Numbered from the whole stretch's first letter, positions 1 to 9,670 are shown. The stretch: 61,353 bases of DNA, filler included, from 5 parts of 5 records of this genome joined end to end with filler, not necessarily neighbours in it, one strand, 5' to 3'. Numbers and translations: made by a program. The notes: a model not told the origin generated them from the sequence alone.

Positions 1-1
1 G

Positions 2-184
2 ATGAACCCGGATCAGCTCTGGGAAACCACGCTCGACGTCAACCAGCGCACCCTGTTGCAGGTCCGGGTCGACCATCTGGACGAGGCGCAGGAAATCTTC
101 TCGACGCTGATGGGCGACGTGGTCGAACCGCGCCGGCTGTTCATTCAGGAAAACGCGCTGAAGGTGGCTAACCTGGATATCTAG
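2..184 (+). CDS. gyrB: DNA gyrase subunit B, C-terminal fragment (5'-truncated)
   Basis: [12 protein letters not shown]...LLQV...[26 protein letters not shown] is the GyrB C-terminus. Confidence 0.95.
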   Translation: MNPDQLWETTLDVNQRTLLQVRVDHLDEAQEIFSTLMGDVVEPRRLFIQENALKVANLDI

Positions 185-307
185 CCATTTGGCTTCTTAT
201 ATGTTCCGTTGAGTCTTAATGAGCGGTTATCTCCATGTAACCGCTCATTATTCTGGGTGCCAGACGACTCTTTCAAGGCGGTCTCGTTGTGCTTGGGGGA
301 GTGCGGC

Positions 308-928
308 ATGATTAAACGCGGTGTGGTTTTCTGTCTTGCGGTGAGTCTTGCGGCCTGTGCGGGCCGTGAGCCCATCCCGGTCTCGACGTCCAATGCGCTG
401 GACCGGCAGATGAGCTGCCTGGAGCTTGATCGGGAGGTTGGCCGAAACAACGCCTCGATGCGGGTTCTGGTCGGTGAGGACAACGACAGGACCGGGCGCA
501 ACATCATGGTCGGGGCGGTTGGTCTTCTGCTGTTCTGGCCTGCTCTGGCGGCGCTGGATTTCAAGGATGCACCGGGCAAGGAAATGGCCGCCCTGGATTC
601 CCGAAACGACATGCTCGGTGAGCTTGCGCGGCAGAAAAACTGTACAATTCAGATGGCTTTGAGCTCGGAAGCCGCGAAAGAGGCATACGAGTCGAATTTC
701 GATGAGGATGGAAATCCGATCGAGAAGACCGGGACAACCCGGGAAGAGCCGTCACCCGCTATCGTGCCCGTCGCCGTGACCACGCAGCCGCAATCCACAG
801 CGGTTCAGGAACCCCCCGCTGCCACCGCTCAAGGGAACGCCGGTCTGAGTTTTCTGATGGATGCGTTTCTGCGTGGCGAAATCGACCAGGCGGAGTATGA
901 GCGGCGCCGGATCGCTCTGGGTCTCTGA
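308..928 (+). CDS. Lipoprotein of unknown function with C-terminal SHOCT-like domain
   Basis: ATG 308 after GGGGAG; lipobox LAAC; internal hydrophobic segment; Pro/Ala/Thr linker; ends FLRGEIDQAEYERRRIAL. Confidence 0.7.
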   Translation: MIKRGVVFCLAVSLAACAGREPIPVSTSNALDRQMSCLELDREVGRNNASMRVLVGEDNDRTGRNIMVGAVGLLLFWPALAALDFKDAPGKEMAALDSRNDMLGELARQKNCTIQMALSSEAAKEAYESNFDEDGNPIEKTGTTREEPSPAIVPVAVTTQPQSTAVQEPPAATAQGNAGLSFLMDAFLRGEIDQAEYERRRIALGL

Positions 929-956
929 GGGGCTCTGACGTCACCGCGCCCAAATA

Positions 957-1826
957 TCAGAACTGGTTGAGCGGCAGTTTCAGGTAGCGCACGCCGTTCT
1001 CTTCCGGCTCCGGCAATTGCCCGGCCCGGACATTGACCTGGATGGCGGGCAGGATGAGCTTCGGCATGTCGAGGGTCTTGTCCCGGGCTTCCCGCATGGA
1101 AACGAAACCTTCCTCGTCGGCGCCGTCCTTGAAATGAATACTCCGGGCCTTTTCTTCCGCGACGGTCGTCTCGAAGGCAATCTCGCGACCGCCCGGCTGA
1201 TAGTCGTGTCCGACGAAAATCCGGTAGCTGTCCGGTTGTGACAGGATGCGCTGGACAGAGCGATAGAGGGTGCGGGCATCGCCGCCCGGAAAATCGCAGC
1301 GGGCACTGCCGAAATCCGGCATGAAGATCGTGTCCCCGACAAACAGCGCATCGCCGATCCGGTAGGTCAGGCAGGCCGGTGTATGACCCGGCGTGTGCAT
1401 CACCTCGCAGTCCAGATTGCCGATTTTGAAACTCTCGCCATCCTGCCAGAGGTGCTGGAACTCGTTCGGCTCCTCGCTCAGATTCTGCAGGTTGAAGACC
1501 GGTTTGAAGACGTCCCGGACATCCTTGATGTGCGAGCCGATGGCGATGCCGACCTCAAGTTCGCGGCGCATATAGGGCGCGCCGGAAAGATGGTCCGCAT
1601 GGGCATGGGTTTCGAGCAGCCAGGCCACATGCAGGTCCTTGTCCCGGACATAAGCCAGCACCTTGTCCGCGCTTTCGGTGAAGGTCCGGCCCGAGGCGGC
1701 GTCGAAATCGAGCACGGCATCGATGATGACGGCCTGTTGTGTGTCCGGACAGCTGGCGACATAGGTGATGGTCGATGTCCGCGTGTCGAAAAAACCTTCG
1801 ACCAGAGGTTTCGTCAGGTTGTTCAC
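957..1826 (-). CDS. MBL-fold persulfide dioxygenase (Blh/ETHE1-like)
   Basis: ETHAHADHLSG, TPGHT, GDTIFMPDFGSARCDFPGG, VGHDY, C-terminal YLKLPLN; GTG 1826 with GGAG RBS. Confidence 0.9.
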   Translation of the reverse strand: MNNLTKPLVEGFFDTRTSTITYVASCPDTQQAVIIDAVLDFDAASGRTFTESADKVLAYVRDKDLHVAWLLETHAHADHLSGAPYMRRELEVGIAIGSHIKDVRDVFKPVFNLQNLSEEPNEFQHLWQDGESFKIGNLDCEVMHTPGHTPACLTYRIGDALFVGDTIFMPDFGSARCDFPGGDARTLYRSVQRILSQPDSYRIFVGHDYQPGGREIAFETTVAEEKARSIHFKDGADEEGFVSMREARDKTLDMPKLILPAIQVNVRAGQLPEPEENGVRYLKLPLNQF

Positions 1827-1869
1827 GGCGTTTCTCCCGGAAAAGGCTTGTTTCTCCTTCTGCGATTTA

Positions 1870-1893
1870 ATATATAAGCAATATCTTATATAT
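1870..1893. promoter_or_regulatory. Probable BigR/SqrR-type operator (9-6-9 inverted repeat)
   Basis: ATATATAAG-caatat-CTTATATAT in the 94-bp gap between the divergent dioxygenase and ArsR genes. Confidence 0.7.
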
Positions 1894-1920
1894 GTAAACA
1901 GGATGATTCGGGATTTGTGA

Positions 1921-2253
1921 ATGGCGGGGCTCCCCCTTGAGGTCATGGAACGGAAGGCATCGGAGGTCGCGGACTTCCTGATGGCGGCCGCGAACAAGAA
2001 CCGGCTCATGGTGCTGTGTCATCTGGCGGAAGCGGGGGAGCTGACGGTGAACGATCTCGCGGCCCGGCTCAACCTCTCGCAGCCCGCCCTGTCCCAGCAT
2101 CTGGCCCGCATGGCGGAGGAAAAACTGGTCGCGGCCCGGGCCGAGGGACGCAGCCGGTATTACGCCCTGACACCGGGGCCGGTCAGCGATCTGCTTGCCG
2201 TTCTACAGAAACATTTCTGTCCGCCTGAAGAGGCGGGCGTTGCGGCCGAATGA
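1921..2253 (+). CDS. ArsR/SmtB-family persulfide-sensing repressor (BigR/SqrR-like)
   Basis: wHTH (SQPALSQHLARM); the two diagnostic Cys in RLMVLCHL and C-terminal HFC. Confidence 0.85.
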   Translation: MAGLPLEVMERKASEVADFLMAAANKNRLMVLCHLAEAGELTVNDLAARLNLSQPALSQHLARMAEEKLVAARAEGRSRYYALTPGPVSDLLAVLQKHFCPPEEAGVAAE

Positions 2254-2275
2254 CCGGCCGGAGGAAGGAAAAGCC

Positions 2276-2818
2276 ATGCAGACCAATCATCAGCAGCTTT
2301 CAGGCATCGACGCCCAGAGCGCCTCGCCACGGATCGAAGGCGGCACACTCGTCCTGATCGATATCCGCGAGCCGGATGAGCGGGCGCGGGAATGGATCGC
2401 GGGATCGGTTGCCATTCCGCTTTCCGCCTGGCGGACGACGGATCTCGGCCCATACAGGGACAAGCACGTCGTGGTCCACTGTCGTTCCGGTAACAGAACG
2501 ATGATCAATGCCCCGCTTTTTGCAGAAGCCGGGTTTGCCTCCGCCGCTTTCCTGGAAGGTGGGATAGAGGGCTGGAAGGATGCGGGCCTGCCGGTCACGC
2601 GGAACAGGAAGGCACCGCTGGAAATCATGCGCCAGGTGCAGATCATCGCCGGGTCCCTGGCCTGTGCCGGGGGGCTTGCGGGTTATCTGGCCGATCCGGT
2701 CTATGCCCTGATCCCGGCCGCAGTCGGGGCGGGTCTGCTGATGGCCGGGGTGACCGGCTGGTGCGGGATGGCCAAGCTGCTGGGCCACATGCCCTGGAAC
2801 AGACAGGCATCCGCCTGA
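2276..2818 (+). CDS. Membrane rhodanese (YgaP-like, rhodanese + DUF2892)
   Basis: LIDIREPDE, active-site HCRSGNR, C-terminal MRQVQIIAG...GWCGMAKLLGHMPWN. Confidence 0.88.
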   Translation: MQTNHQQLSGIDAQSASPRIEGGTLVLIDIREPDERAREWIAGSVAIPLSAWRTTDLGPYRDKHVVVHCRSGNRTMINAPLFAEAGFASAAFLEGGIEGWKDAGLPVTRNRKAPLEIMRQVQIIAGSLACAGGLAGYLADPVYALIPAAVGAGLLMAGVTGWCGMAKLLGHMPWNRQASA

Positions 2819-2824
2819 CGACGC

Positions 2825-4207
2825 CTATCCGTGCAGCGAGATGGCCCGGGCTTCGGCCTCCGTTGCCCTTGTATGGTCACCGAGACCGCGATGCGCCCGG
2901 GCAGCATAGCGCCAGTTCATCGGACTGGTCGGTTTCAGAGCGGTGCGTTCGGATGAGAGTGCAAGCGCGAGATCGTTTCGCCCTCCCCTGAGGGCGGCTT
3001 CCAGCAAGGTCATGCCGATAATGTCGCGCTGGGCGTGGCTGCCGCCGAGATAGCGGGTCCGGTAGCGGATCGGCAGCAGGATATCGACGGCCTCTCCGTA
3101 TTTTTCCTCCGCAAAGGCCTTGAGAGCCTTGCAGAAGGGCTGGCCGACCGTCCGGGTCATGGCCGCATTCGCATCGTTTGCGGCTGTGGTGTAGCGCTCA
3201 TGCGCGTTCAACACCTGCTCCGCCACCTCCCAGCGGCCATCGGCGACAAAGGTCATCATCGCGTGCACATCGTTGAAGGCGTAGAGCGTGTCCGTCGCGC
3301 TCGGCTCCCACTTGTCCGCCAGCGTCTTCCAGCGATCACCGACATCGACACCAAGCAGCTCAAGACGCCAGAGCAGCGCGGCCGCGTCCAGCTCCTCGTA
3401 TCTGTCGCCGCTGGAATCCGTGCTGCGCAGGCAGCGGTCATAGATGTCGAGCACCTGATCGTTCTGGGCGAGGTCGAGATGGTAGAGCGAGAGGTGCCAC
3501 CAGAGATGGTTGGCGAAATTGCCATAGGCCCAGTCCTGCTGGCGTGAGCGCATCCAGTTGATGCCGCCGGACTGCCGGCCCTGGCTTTCCATCACATGGC
3601 CGACCGCGTGAATGGCGTAGGCATCCTTCGGGTTCATGGCCACGGCCCGGCGGCCGCATTCCTCGGCGATATCGAAATCCCGGTTTTCCTCCAGCCCGAA
3701 GGCGTAGAGACCCAGCACATAGCCGTATCCCGGCACGCTCTCGTCCCAGGCATGGAGAATGCGGGCCACCCGGTCCCGCTGATTGTCCGTGTCGCCGAGC
3801 AGCACGTCGGAGAGATGGGCGAGCTGCAGGGCCAGCAGGTCGCGCGGGAACTGCACCAGCAACGCGTCCCAGAGATCGACGGCACCATGGAAATCGCCAT
3901 CGGCCCAGGCCCGGATCGCCTCGATATGCCGGCGTTCCCGTTCGTTGGCACGTGGTGCCAGGGCTTCGGCGGCTTTCAGCGTATTGACCAGATCCGGGTA
4001 GATCCGGGTTTCCATCGCCTGCGTCAGCAAAGCCGCCCTGAAGATCTGGCCCATGACGAAATCCGGTTCGGCATCGAGCACCTCGGTGATCTCGCCGAGC
4101 GGGTCGCCGGAATAGGTGAGGAACATCTCGTGGGCGTTTTCCAATGCCGCGACGAGGGCGCTGTCGGCATTAGAGACGGCGAGGTCCCTGCAGTCCGTGA
4201 TGGTCAT
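2825..4207 (-). CDS. TTC38-like tetratricopeptide repeat protein
   Basis: AFGLEE, YAIHAVGHVME, HLWWHLSLYHL, DAAALLWRL, AFNDVH, GGSHAQRD motifs. Confidence 0.85.
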   Translation of the reverse strand: MTITDCRDLAVSNADSALVAALENAHEMFLTYSGDPLGEITEVLDAEPDFVMGQIFRAALLTQAMETRIYPDLVNTLKAAEALAPRANERERRHIEAIRAWADGDFHGAVDLWDALLVQFPRDLLALQLAHLSDVLLGDTDNQRDRVARILHAWDESVPGYGYVLGLYAFGLEENRDFDIAEECGRRAVAMNPKDAYAIHAVGHVMESQGRQSGGINWMRSRQQDWAYGNFANHLWWHLSLYHLDLAQNDQVLDIYDRCLRSTDSSGDRYEELDAAALLWRLELLGVDVGDRWKTLADKWEPSATDTLYAFNDVHAMMTFVADGRWEVAEQVLNAHERYTTAANDANAAMTRTVGQPFCKALKAFAEEKYGEAVDILLPIRYRTRYLGGSHAQRDIIGMTLLEAALRGGRNDLALALSSERTALKPTSPMNWRYAARAHRGLGDHTRATEAEARAISLHG

Positions 4208-4540
4208 GGCGGATCTCCGGCCGGTGAATTTGTCACTGTCGCATAGCTACGCGGCTCTGCGATCACGAACAATGCGAGAGCGCGTGATCGGATCGAGAGG
4301 TTAATAAAAACAGGCTTTTATGCTCTATATTTGACCGTATTTATGAAGATATCATTGAAAATTAAAATCATATTTAGGAAAATCTGTTAATAGCATGTTT
4401 TCAAAGGAATATTATTTCATTCACATCAAAAATAACGGGATTTTTAAAGTTAATCCAATATATTAAGAGAGTTAAAATTATTTGATTAAATCAAATGCTT
4501 ATGAGTTAATCCTAAGATCAAACTTTGGGTACGGTTCCTG

Positions 4541-6541
4541 ATGGCACGGACTCCGGCAAAAAAGCCCGCGGCGACGACACGCCGCTCCTCTTCCGGCACG
4601 CGCAAGACGGCCGCGAAGAAGGATGCTGTGCGCAAGCCGGCGGCCAAGACTGAAACGAAAAAAGCGGCCGGCAAAAAAACCGCCTCCCGCAAACCCCCGA
4701 CCTCCCGCAAGCCGGCCACATCCCGCCGCCGCAAATCGGCGGTGGTACGCAAGCGTACCGGCCTCCTCGCGGGGCTTATCAAGTACGGTTTCGTCGCGGC
4801 GATCTGGGGCTTCGTGCTGGTGGGCGGGGTGCTCGCCTATCATGCCTACCAGCTGCCGGACATCACCGACCTCAACCGGTATGAGCGGGCGGGGGCCACC
4901 CGGTTGCTCGACCGGGACGGCGCCATGTTCGTCTCCTACGGGGCGTTGCATGGCCGCCCGGTTACGGCGGCCAATCTGCCTGAGCCCCTGATTAACGCGC
5001 TGGTCGCGACGGAGGACCGGCGGTTCTTCTCTCATTTCGGCATCGATCCGATTTCGATCCTGCGCGCGGCCGTCGTCAATCTGAAGGCGGGGCGGACGGT
5101 GCAGGGCGGCAGTACGCTGACCCAGCAGCTCGCCAAGAACGTCTTTCTCAGCGCGGACCGGTCCTATTCCCGGAAAATCCAGGAGCTGCTGCTGGCCTTC
5201 TGGCTGGAGCACCGTTTCAGCAAGCAGGAGATTCTCGCCATCTATCTCAACCGGGTCTATTTCGGCGCCGGGGCCTACGGGGTGGATGCGGCGGCCCGGA
5301 AATATTTCCGCCGCCCGGTGGAGGATCTGACGGCCTATCAGTCCGCCATGCTGGTCGGTCTGCTGAAGGCGCCGTCACGCTATAATCCGGCGGTGGACCG
5401 GGAACGTTCCGAGGGCCGGACACGGCAGGTCCTGCTGAACATGGCCGATGCGGGCTATCTCACCGGGGAAGAGGCGGAGCGGATTGCCGCCCGGCCCTCT
5501 GCCATACAGGGCGCGGCGGGTGTCAGCCGGAACCATCGCTATTTCGCCGACTGGGCGCGGGAACGGGCGAACGGCTATGCCGGCCCTGGCGGCGGGGACC
5601 GCACGGTTCGCACGACTCTTGACCGGCGGTTGCAACAGATCGCGGAGCAGGCCGTCAGCGAGGGCATGAAACGCGGCGCCAAGAGGGGCGCCCGGCAGAT
5701 TGCCATGGTGGTGATGTCGCCGGACGGTGCCATCCGGGCGATGATCGGCGGGCGCGACTATGCCGTCTCCCAGTTCAACCGCGCCACCCAGGCGCTGCGC
5801 CAGCCGGGTTCCGCCTTCAAGCCCTTCGTCTATCTGGCCGCGCTCGAGGCGGGCTACACGCCCTCGACCAGACTGCCCGATACAGCGGTTGCGCTGAATG
5901 GCTGGACGCCGCGCAATTTCGATGGCCGGTATCGCGGCGAGGTCACGCTCGAGGACGCGCTGGCGCATTCGCTCAATGCGGCGACGGTCAATCTCTCCGA
6001 GGCAATCGGCCGGCGCCGGGCGCTGTCGGTGGCACGCCGGCTTGGCGTGACGGCCACTCTGCCGGACCGGCCGAGCCTTGCGCTGGGAGCAGGAGAAGTC
6101 ACGCTGCTGGAAATGACGGCGGCCTATGCGGCCTTCGCCAATCATGGCCGCTTTGTTTCGCCCTATGCGGTCGAGCGCGTGCAGACCTCCGCCGAAGGCG
6201 CGATCTACACACATGATGCCCGGCCTGCCGCGCAGGTCGTGGAGACGCGCACGGTTGCGGCATTGAACAGAATGCTGCAGGCGGTGGTGGAAGATGGCAC
6301 CGGCCGCAAGGCCCGTATCGGACGGCCCGCGGCGGGCAAGACCGGCACCTCCCAGGATTTCCGCGATGCCTGGTTCATCGGCTTCACGGCGGATCTGGTC
6401 GCCGGGGTCTGGATCGGCCGGGACGACGCCTCCGCCATGGACGGTGTGACCGGCGGAAGCCTGCCTGCTGAAATCTGGGCCGCCTTCATGTCGAAAGCGG
6501 AAGACGGCCCGCCCCGGTCGCTGGCCCTGAACGGCAATTAA
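4541..6541 (+). CDS. Class A penicillin-binding protein (PBP1A family) with Lys/Ala-rich N-terminal tail
   Basis: EDRRFFSHFG, QGGSTLTQQLAK, RKIQE (GT51); QPGSAFK, SLN, KTG (transpeptidase). Confidence 0.93.
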   Translation: MARTPAKKPAATTRRSSSGTRKTAAKKDAVRKPAAKTETKKAAGKKTASRKPPTSRKPATSRRRKSAVVRKRTGLLAGLIKYGFVAAIWGFVLVGGVLAYHAYQLPDITDLNRYERAGATRLLDRDGAMFVSYGALHGRPVTAANLPEPLINALVATEDRRFFSHFGIDPISILRAAVVNLKAGRTVQGGSTLTQQLAKNVFLSADRSYSRKIQELLLAFWLEHRFSKQEILAIYLNRVYFGAGAYGVDAAARKYFRRPVEDLTAYQSAMLVGLLKAPSRYNPAVDRERSEGRTRQVLLNMADAGYLTGEEAERIAARPSAIQGAAGVSRNHRYFADWARERANGYAGPGGGDRTVRTTLDRRLQQIAEQAVSEGMKRGAKRGARQIAMVVMSPDGAIRAMIGGRDYAVSQFNRATQALRQPGSAFKPFVYLAALEAGYTPSTRLPDTAVALNGWTPRNFDGRYRGEVTLEDALAHSLNAATVNLSEAIGRRRALSVARRLGVTATLPDRPSLALGAGEVTLLEMTAAYAAFANHGRFVSPYAVERVQTSAEGAIYTHDARPAAQVVETRTVAALNRMLQAVVEDGTGRKARIGRPAAGKTGTSQDFRDAWFIGFTADLVAGVWIGRDDASAMDGVTGGSLPAEIWAAFMSKAEDGPPRSLALNGN

Positions 6542-6553
6542 CCCCGACGCGCC

Positions 6554-7477
6554 CTAAAGAGCACCTGTTTCGATATCCACGATCAGGGGCAGATGATCCG
6601 AGCTGACATGCGGGCCGAGGGCGGCACCGCCGACCTTCAGCGTGGGCGAGATCAGGGCATGATCGATCGGCAGCGCCATCAGATCGCCAAGCCAGTTATC
6701 GCCCCAGGTGAAGGAGCGGCGCAGGCCAGGCACCACCCGTGTGCCCGACTGGGCGGCGACTTTCTGCACGGCGTGGCTCCACGGCACGGCATTGAAATCA
6801 CCGGTGATGACCAGCGGCGTGTCGAGCTGATCCCAGACGCCGCTCAGGGCGTCGATCTGTTCCGCCTGGGGCAACGGATATGGCCAGCGCAGATGCAGCG
6901 AGGCGACCGTCGTGTTCTTCCCGTCCTTGGAAATGGTCGCCCAGGCAAGCCGGTGATCGTTCATGCAGCCGGTTCCGGAAAAAGGCGTGCGTGACAGCAC
7001 CGCGATCCCGACCTCCCCCCGATAGCGGCAGATGACCTGATGCGGGTAGGCTTCCTTCAGGCGCTTGGTCACGCGCGGGGACTCGACCGCAGCTTCCTGC
7101 AGGGTGACCACGTCGGGCCGCATCTCCTCGATATAGGCGGCCACCCGGCCCGCATCGGCATTGTTGTGGTTGAGGTTGAGCGAGATGATCCGGAGCCTGC
7201 CATCTTCGCCGGTCTCCGCATGGGCAAGCGCGGTGCCGCCGAAAAGCTGGCCGAGCGAGCCGATGCTGACAACGATAACAGTCGCCAGGAGAAAACCATT
7301 GATCCAGGACCGGGTAATCAGCAGCAGGAGCAGGAAGGGCAGGGCAAGCGCCACCAGATGCAGGCGCAGATGGGAAAAACTGTCCGCTGCGGGATGAAAG
7401 GCGCCGAACTGACCGGCGATCAGGGCTGCGGCAATGGCCCAGGAACAGAAAAGTGCGAAGCGCCGGAGAGAATTCAT
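6554..7477 (-). CDS. Membrane-anchored endonuclease/exonuclease/phosphatase (EEP) family protein
   Basis: N-terminal TM helices; SLNL, LQE, GDFNA, IDH, SDH motifs. Confidence 0.85.
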   Translation of the reverse strand: MNSLRRFALFCSWAIAAALIAGQFGAFHPAADSFSHLRLHLVALALPFLLLLLITRSWINGFLLATVIVVSIGSLGQLFGGTALAHAETGEDGRLRIISLNLNHNNADAGRVAAYIEEMRPDVVTLQEAAVESPRVTKRLKEAYPHQVICRYRGEVGIAVLSRTPFSGTGCMNDHRLAWATISKDGKNTTVASLHLRWPYPLPQAEQIDALSGVWDQLDTPLVITGDFNAVPWSHAVQKVAAQSGTRVVPGLRRSFTWGDNWLGDLMALPIDHALISPTLKVGGAALGPHVSSDHLPLIVDIETGAL

Positions 7478-7565
7478 ATGAAGCGTGCCCAGGAGACAGT
7501 CGTTGCGTATGCGGGGACTGTCGCCGGGAAATTTGACCGGATCATGGTCGCGTGATGGAAGTGGT

Positions 7566-8306
7566 TCAGCCGTAACGATGCAGCGTGGCGCCGTGCCGTT
7601 TCAGCCAGGCGCGGGACATGTCCATATTCTCGACCAGCCCGTCGCAGAGCGCCCAGAACCGCCCGGAATGGTTCATCTCGATCAGATGGGCGGCTTCATG
7701 GGCGCAGACGTAATCCAGCACATGTTCCGGCGCCAGAATCAGGCGCCAGGAAAAGGACAGCGCACCGGTAGAGGAGCAACTGCCCCAGCGGCTGCGTGTG
7801 TCCCGCACGGAAATCCGTGTCGGCTTGCGGCCAAGCTGCTCCGCATGGAAGCGAGCGCGGTCCGAGAGTTCCCGCCGGGCTTCCCGTTTCAGCCAGTCCG
7901 TCAGCCGCCGGGCCAGATGATCGGCACCGCCGGACACTTCCAGCAGAGGCAGGTCATCGTCAGGGCTTTCCGTGCGGCGGACCGCGCCCCGCAGCTCCGG
8001 GGCATGGCGGATACGGTGATCTATACCAAGCAGGGGGATTGTTGTGCCGTCGGCAAAGGGGATGGCGTCCGGCAGGCGGGCCAGCCGGTTTTCCAGCCAG
8101 ACGACGTTCCGGGCGACGAAGCTTTCCGCCTGTGACAGGGAAACCCCGGGCGGCAGCACCAGCTCCGGGCCCCCGCGGGCCGGGTCGACCTTCAGCGACA
8201 GCCGCCGGGCGCGCGGAGATATCCGCACCGGCACTTCGATGTCGGCGCCGTCACGTCCTCTCACGATCAGCGGGCCTGAAGCCTTCATGGGCGCAGCTTT
8301 TGCCAA
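7566..8306 (-). CDS. YgjP/DUF45 (M48-like) zinc metallo-hydrolase
   Basis: SRWGSCS, LSFSWRL, DYVCAHEAAHLIEMNHS. Confidence 0.88.
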   Translation of the reverse strand: MAKAAPMKASGPLIVRGRDGADIEVPVRISPRARRLSLKVDPARGGPELVLPPGVSLSQAESFVARNVVWLENRLARLPDAIPFADGTTIPLLGIDHRIRHAPELRGAVRRTESPDDDLPLLEVSGGADHLARRLTDWLKREARRELSDRARFHAEQLGRKPTRISVRDTRSRWGSCSSTGALSFSWRLILAPEHVLDYVCAHEAAHLIEMNHSGRFWALCDGLVENMDMSRAWLKRHGATLHRYG

Positions 8307-8379
8307 GGTCTAGTGGTTCGGAGAATTCAAACTACCAGATATTAGTGCCGTCAGAGGGCTGCCGGGTCAATGCGGCGCG

Positions 8380-9585
8380 TCAATCCTTCGAGGCACCCGG
8401 GCGCGGGATCAGCATCACCGAAACTACGCCGAGCATACCGGCCACCGCGAACAGGTCCGGCATCACAAGGGGATGGCTGTTTTGCAGGGTGCTGATGATG
8501 AAGGAACCGGCGGCCCCGGTGCCCATCTGCAGGAAGCCGAGCAGGGCGGAGGCGACACCGGCGATATGCGGGAAATGTTGCAGGGCGCCCGCCATGGAGC
8601 TCGGCACGGTGATGCCGAGGGCGACGAGGAGCAGCATGCTCGGGCCGATGACCGCAGCGGCGGAGACATGACCGAGCTGGGCCGGGATAAACATGGCGAA
8701 TCCTGCGATCAGGCTGACGACGCTACCGATCCGGACCATGTTGTAGATCCCGATCCGGCGGCCGAACCGGTTGGTGATGATGTTGCCGGTCAGGAAACCC
8801 GCGACATTGAAAAGAATCAGCAATCCATAGGCCTGCGGCGAATAGCCGAGTTCCACCATCAGGATGTAGGGAGAGCCGGTCTGGTAGGCGAAGAGCATGC
8901 CGAAGATGCAGCCGTTCAGGGCCGCGTAGCCGAAGAAGCGGCGGTCGATGATCAGGGTGCCGTAGGTCCGCAGCATGCCGCCGAGCTTCATGGCGTCGGG
9001 ATTCTTGTGCGCGTTGGTCTCCGGCAGGCGGAGCACGCTGTAGACGAACAGCAGGATTCCGACCACCGCCATGAAGACGAAACAGGCCTGCCAGCCGAAG
9101 AAACCCTGCAGCTGTCCGCCGATGGACGGTGTCAGTGCCGGGGAGAGCGCCATCGCCATGCCGATGAAGGACATGATGCGGGCGGAATCCGGGCCTTCCG
9201 ACTGGTCCCGGATCACGGCGCGGCTGACCGCATGGCCGGCGCAGGCCCCGATGGCGAGCAGCACACGGGCAGAGATCAGTGCCCAGATACTCGTTGCCAG
9301 CGCACAGGCGATGGCCCCCATGACATAGAGCGCGAGGCCGGTCAGGATCACCGGCCTGCGCCCGAACCGGTCCGACAGCGGGCCCGCCAGCAGCTGGAAG
9401 AAGGCGAACGCGGTGAAATGCACCGTCAGGGTGAGCTGAACGGTGCCCATGTCCGTCTGGAAATAGTCGACGAGCGAGGGCAGCGACGGCACGAACATGC
9501 CGACGGCCATCTGGCCAAGGGCGACCATCAGCGTGAGAGTCGCGATGCCGCTGGCCGAATCGACCCGGAATTCGGTTTTTTGCAT
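8380..9585 (-). CDS. Bcr/CflA-family MFS drug efflux transporter
   Basis: MFVPSLP, GPLSDRFGRRPV, LPET; about 12 TM; start placed at MQKTEF. Confidence 0.88.
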   Translation of the reverse strand: MQKTEFRVDSASGIATLTLMVALGQMAVGMFVPSLPSLVDYFQTDMGTVQLTLTVHFTAFAFFQLLAGPLSDRFGRRPVILTGLALYVMGAIACALATSIWALISARVLLAIGACAGHAVSRAVIRDQSEGPDSARIMSFIGMAMALSPALTPSIGGQLQGFFGWQACFVFMAVVGILLFVYSVLRLPETNAHKNPDAMKLGGMLRTYGTLIIDRRFFGYAALNGCIFGMLFAYQTGSPYILMVELGYSPQAYGLLILFNVAGFLTGNIITNRFGRRIGIYNMVRIGSVVSLIAGFAMFIPAQLGHVSAAAVIGPSMLLLVALGITVPSSMAGALQHFPHIAGVASALLGFLQMGTGAAGSFIISTLQNSHPLVMPDLFAVAGMLGVVSVMLIPRPGASKD

Positions 9586-9670
9586 GGGTGATCTTCGACA
9601 TGGAGAAAGGCCGCCGCGTGGGCGACCCTTCTTCATAGCGCATTTTTGCACTGCGGTAAAACCGGTTGGT

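Noticed and set aside
957-2818. ORF-track starts at 2009 and 2195 (likewise 209, 9702, 17462, 23676, 24680, 27422, 39850, 44337, 57111)
   Set aside because: The extensions overlap neighbours or regulatory DNA and lack family similarity; downstream starts fit better.
4300-4525. oriC, CtrA boxes or an FNR box in the AT-rich tract
   Set aside because: No TTATCCACA DnaA boxes; TTAA pairs are not spaced by 7; TTGAT/ATCAA is spaced by 3, not the FNR spacing of 4.
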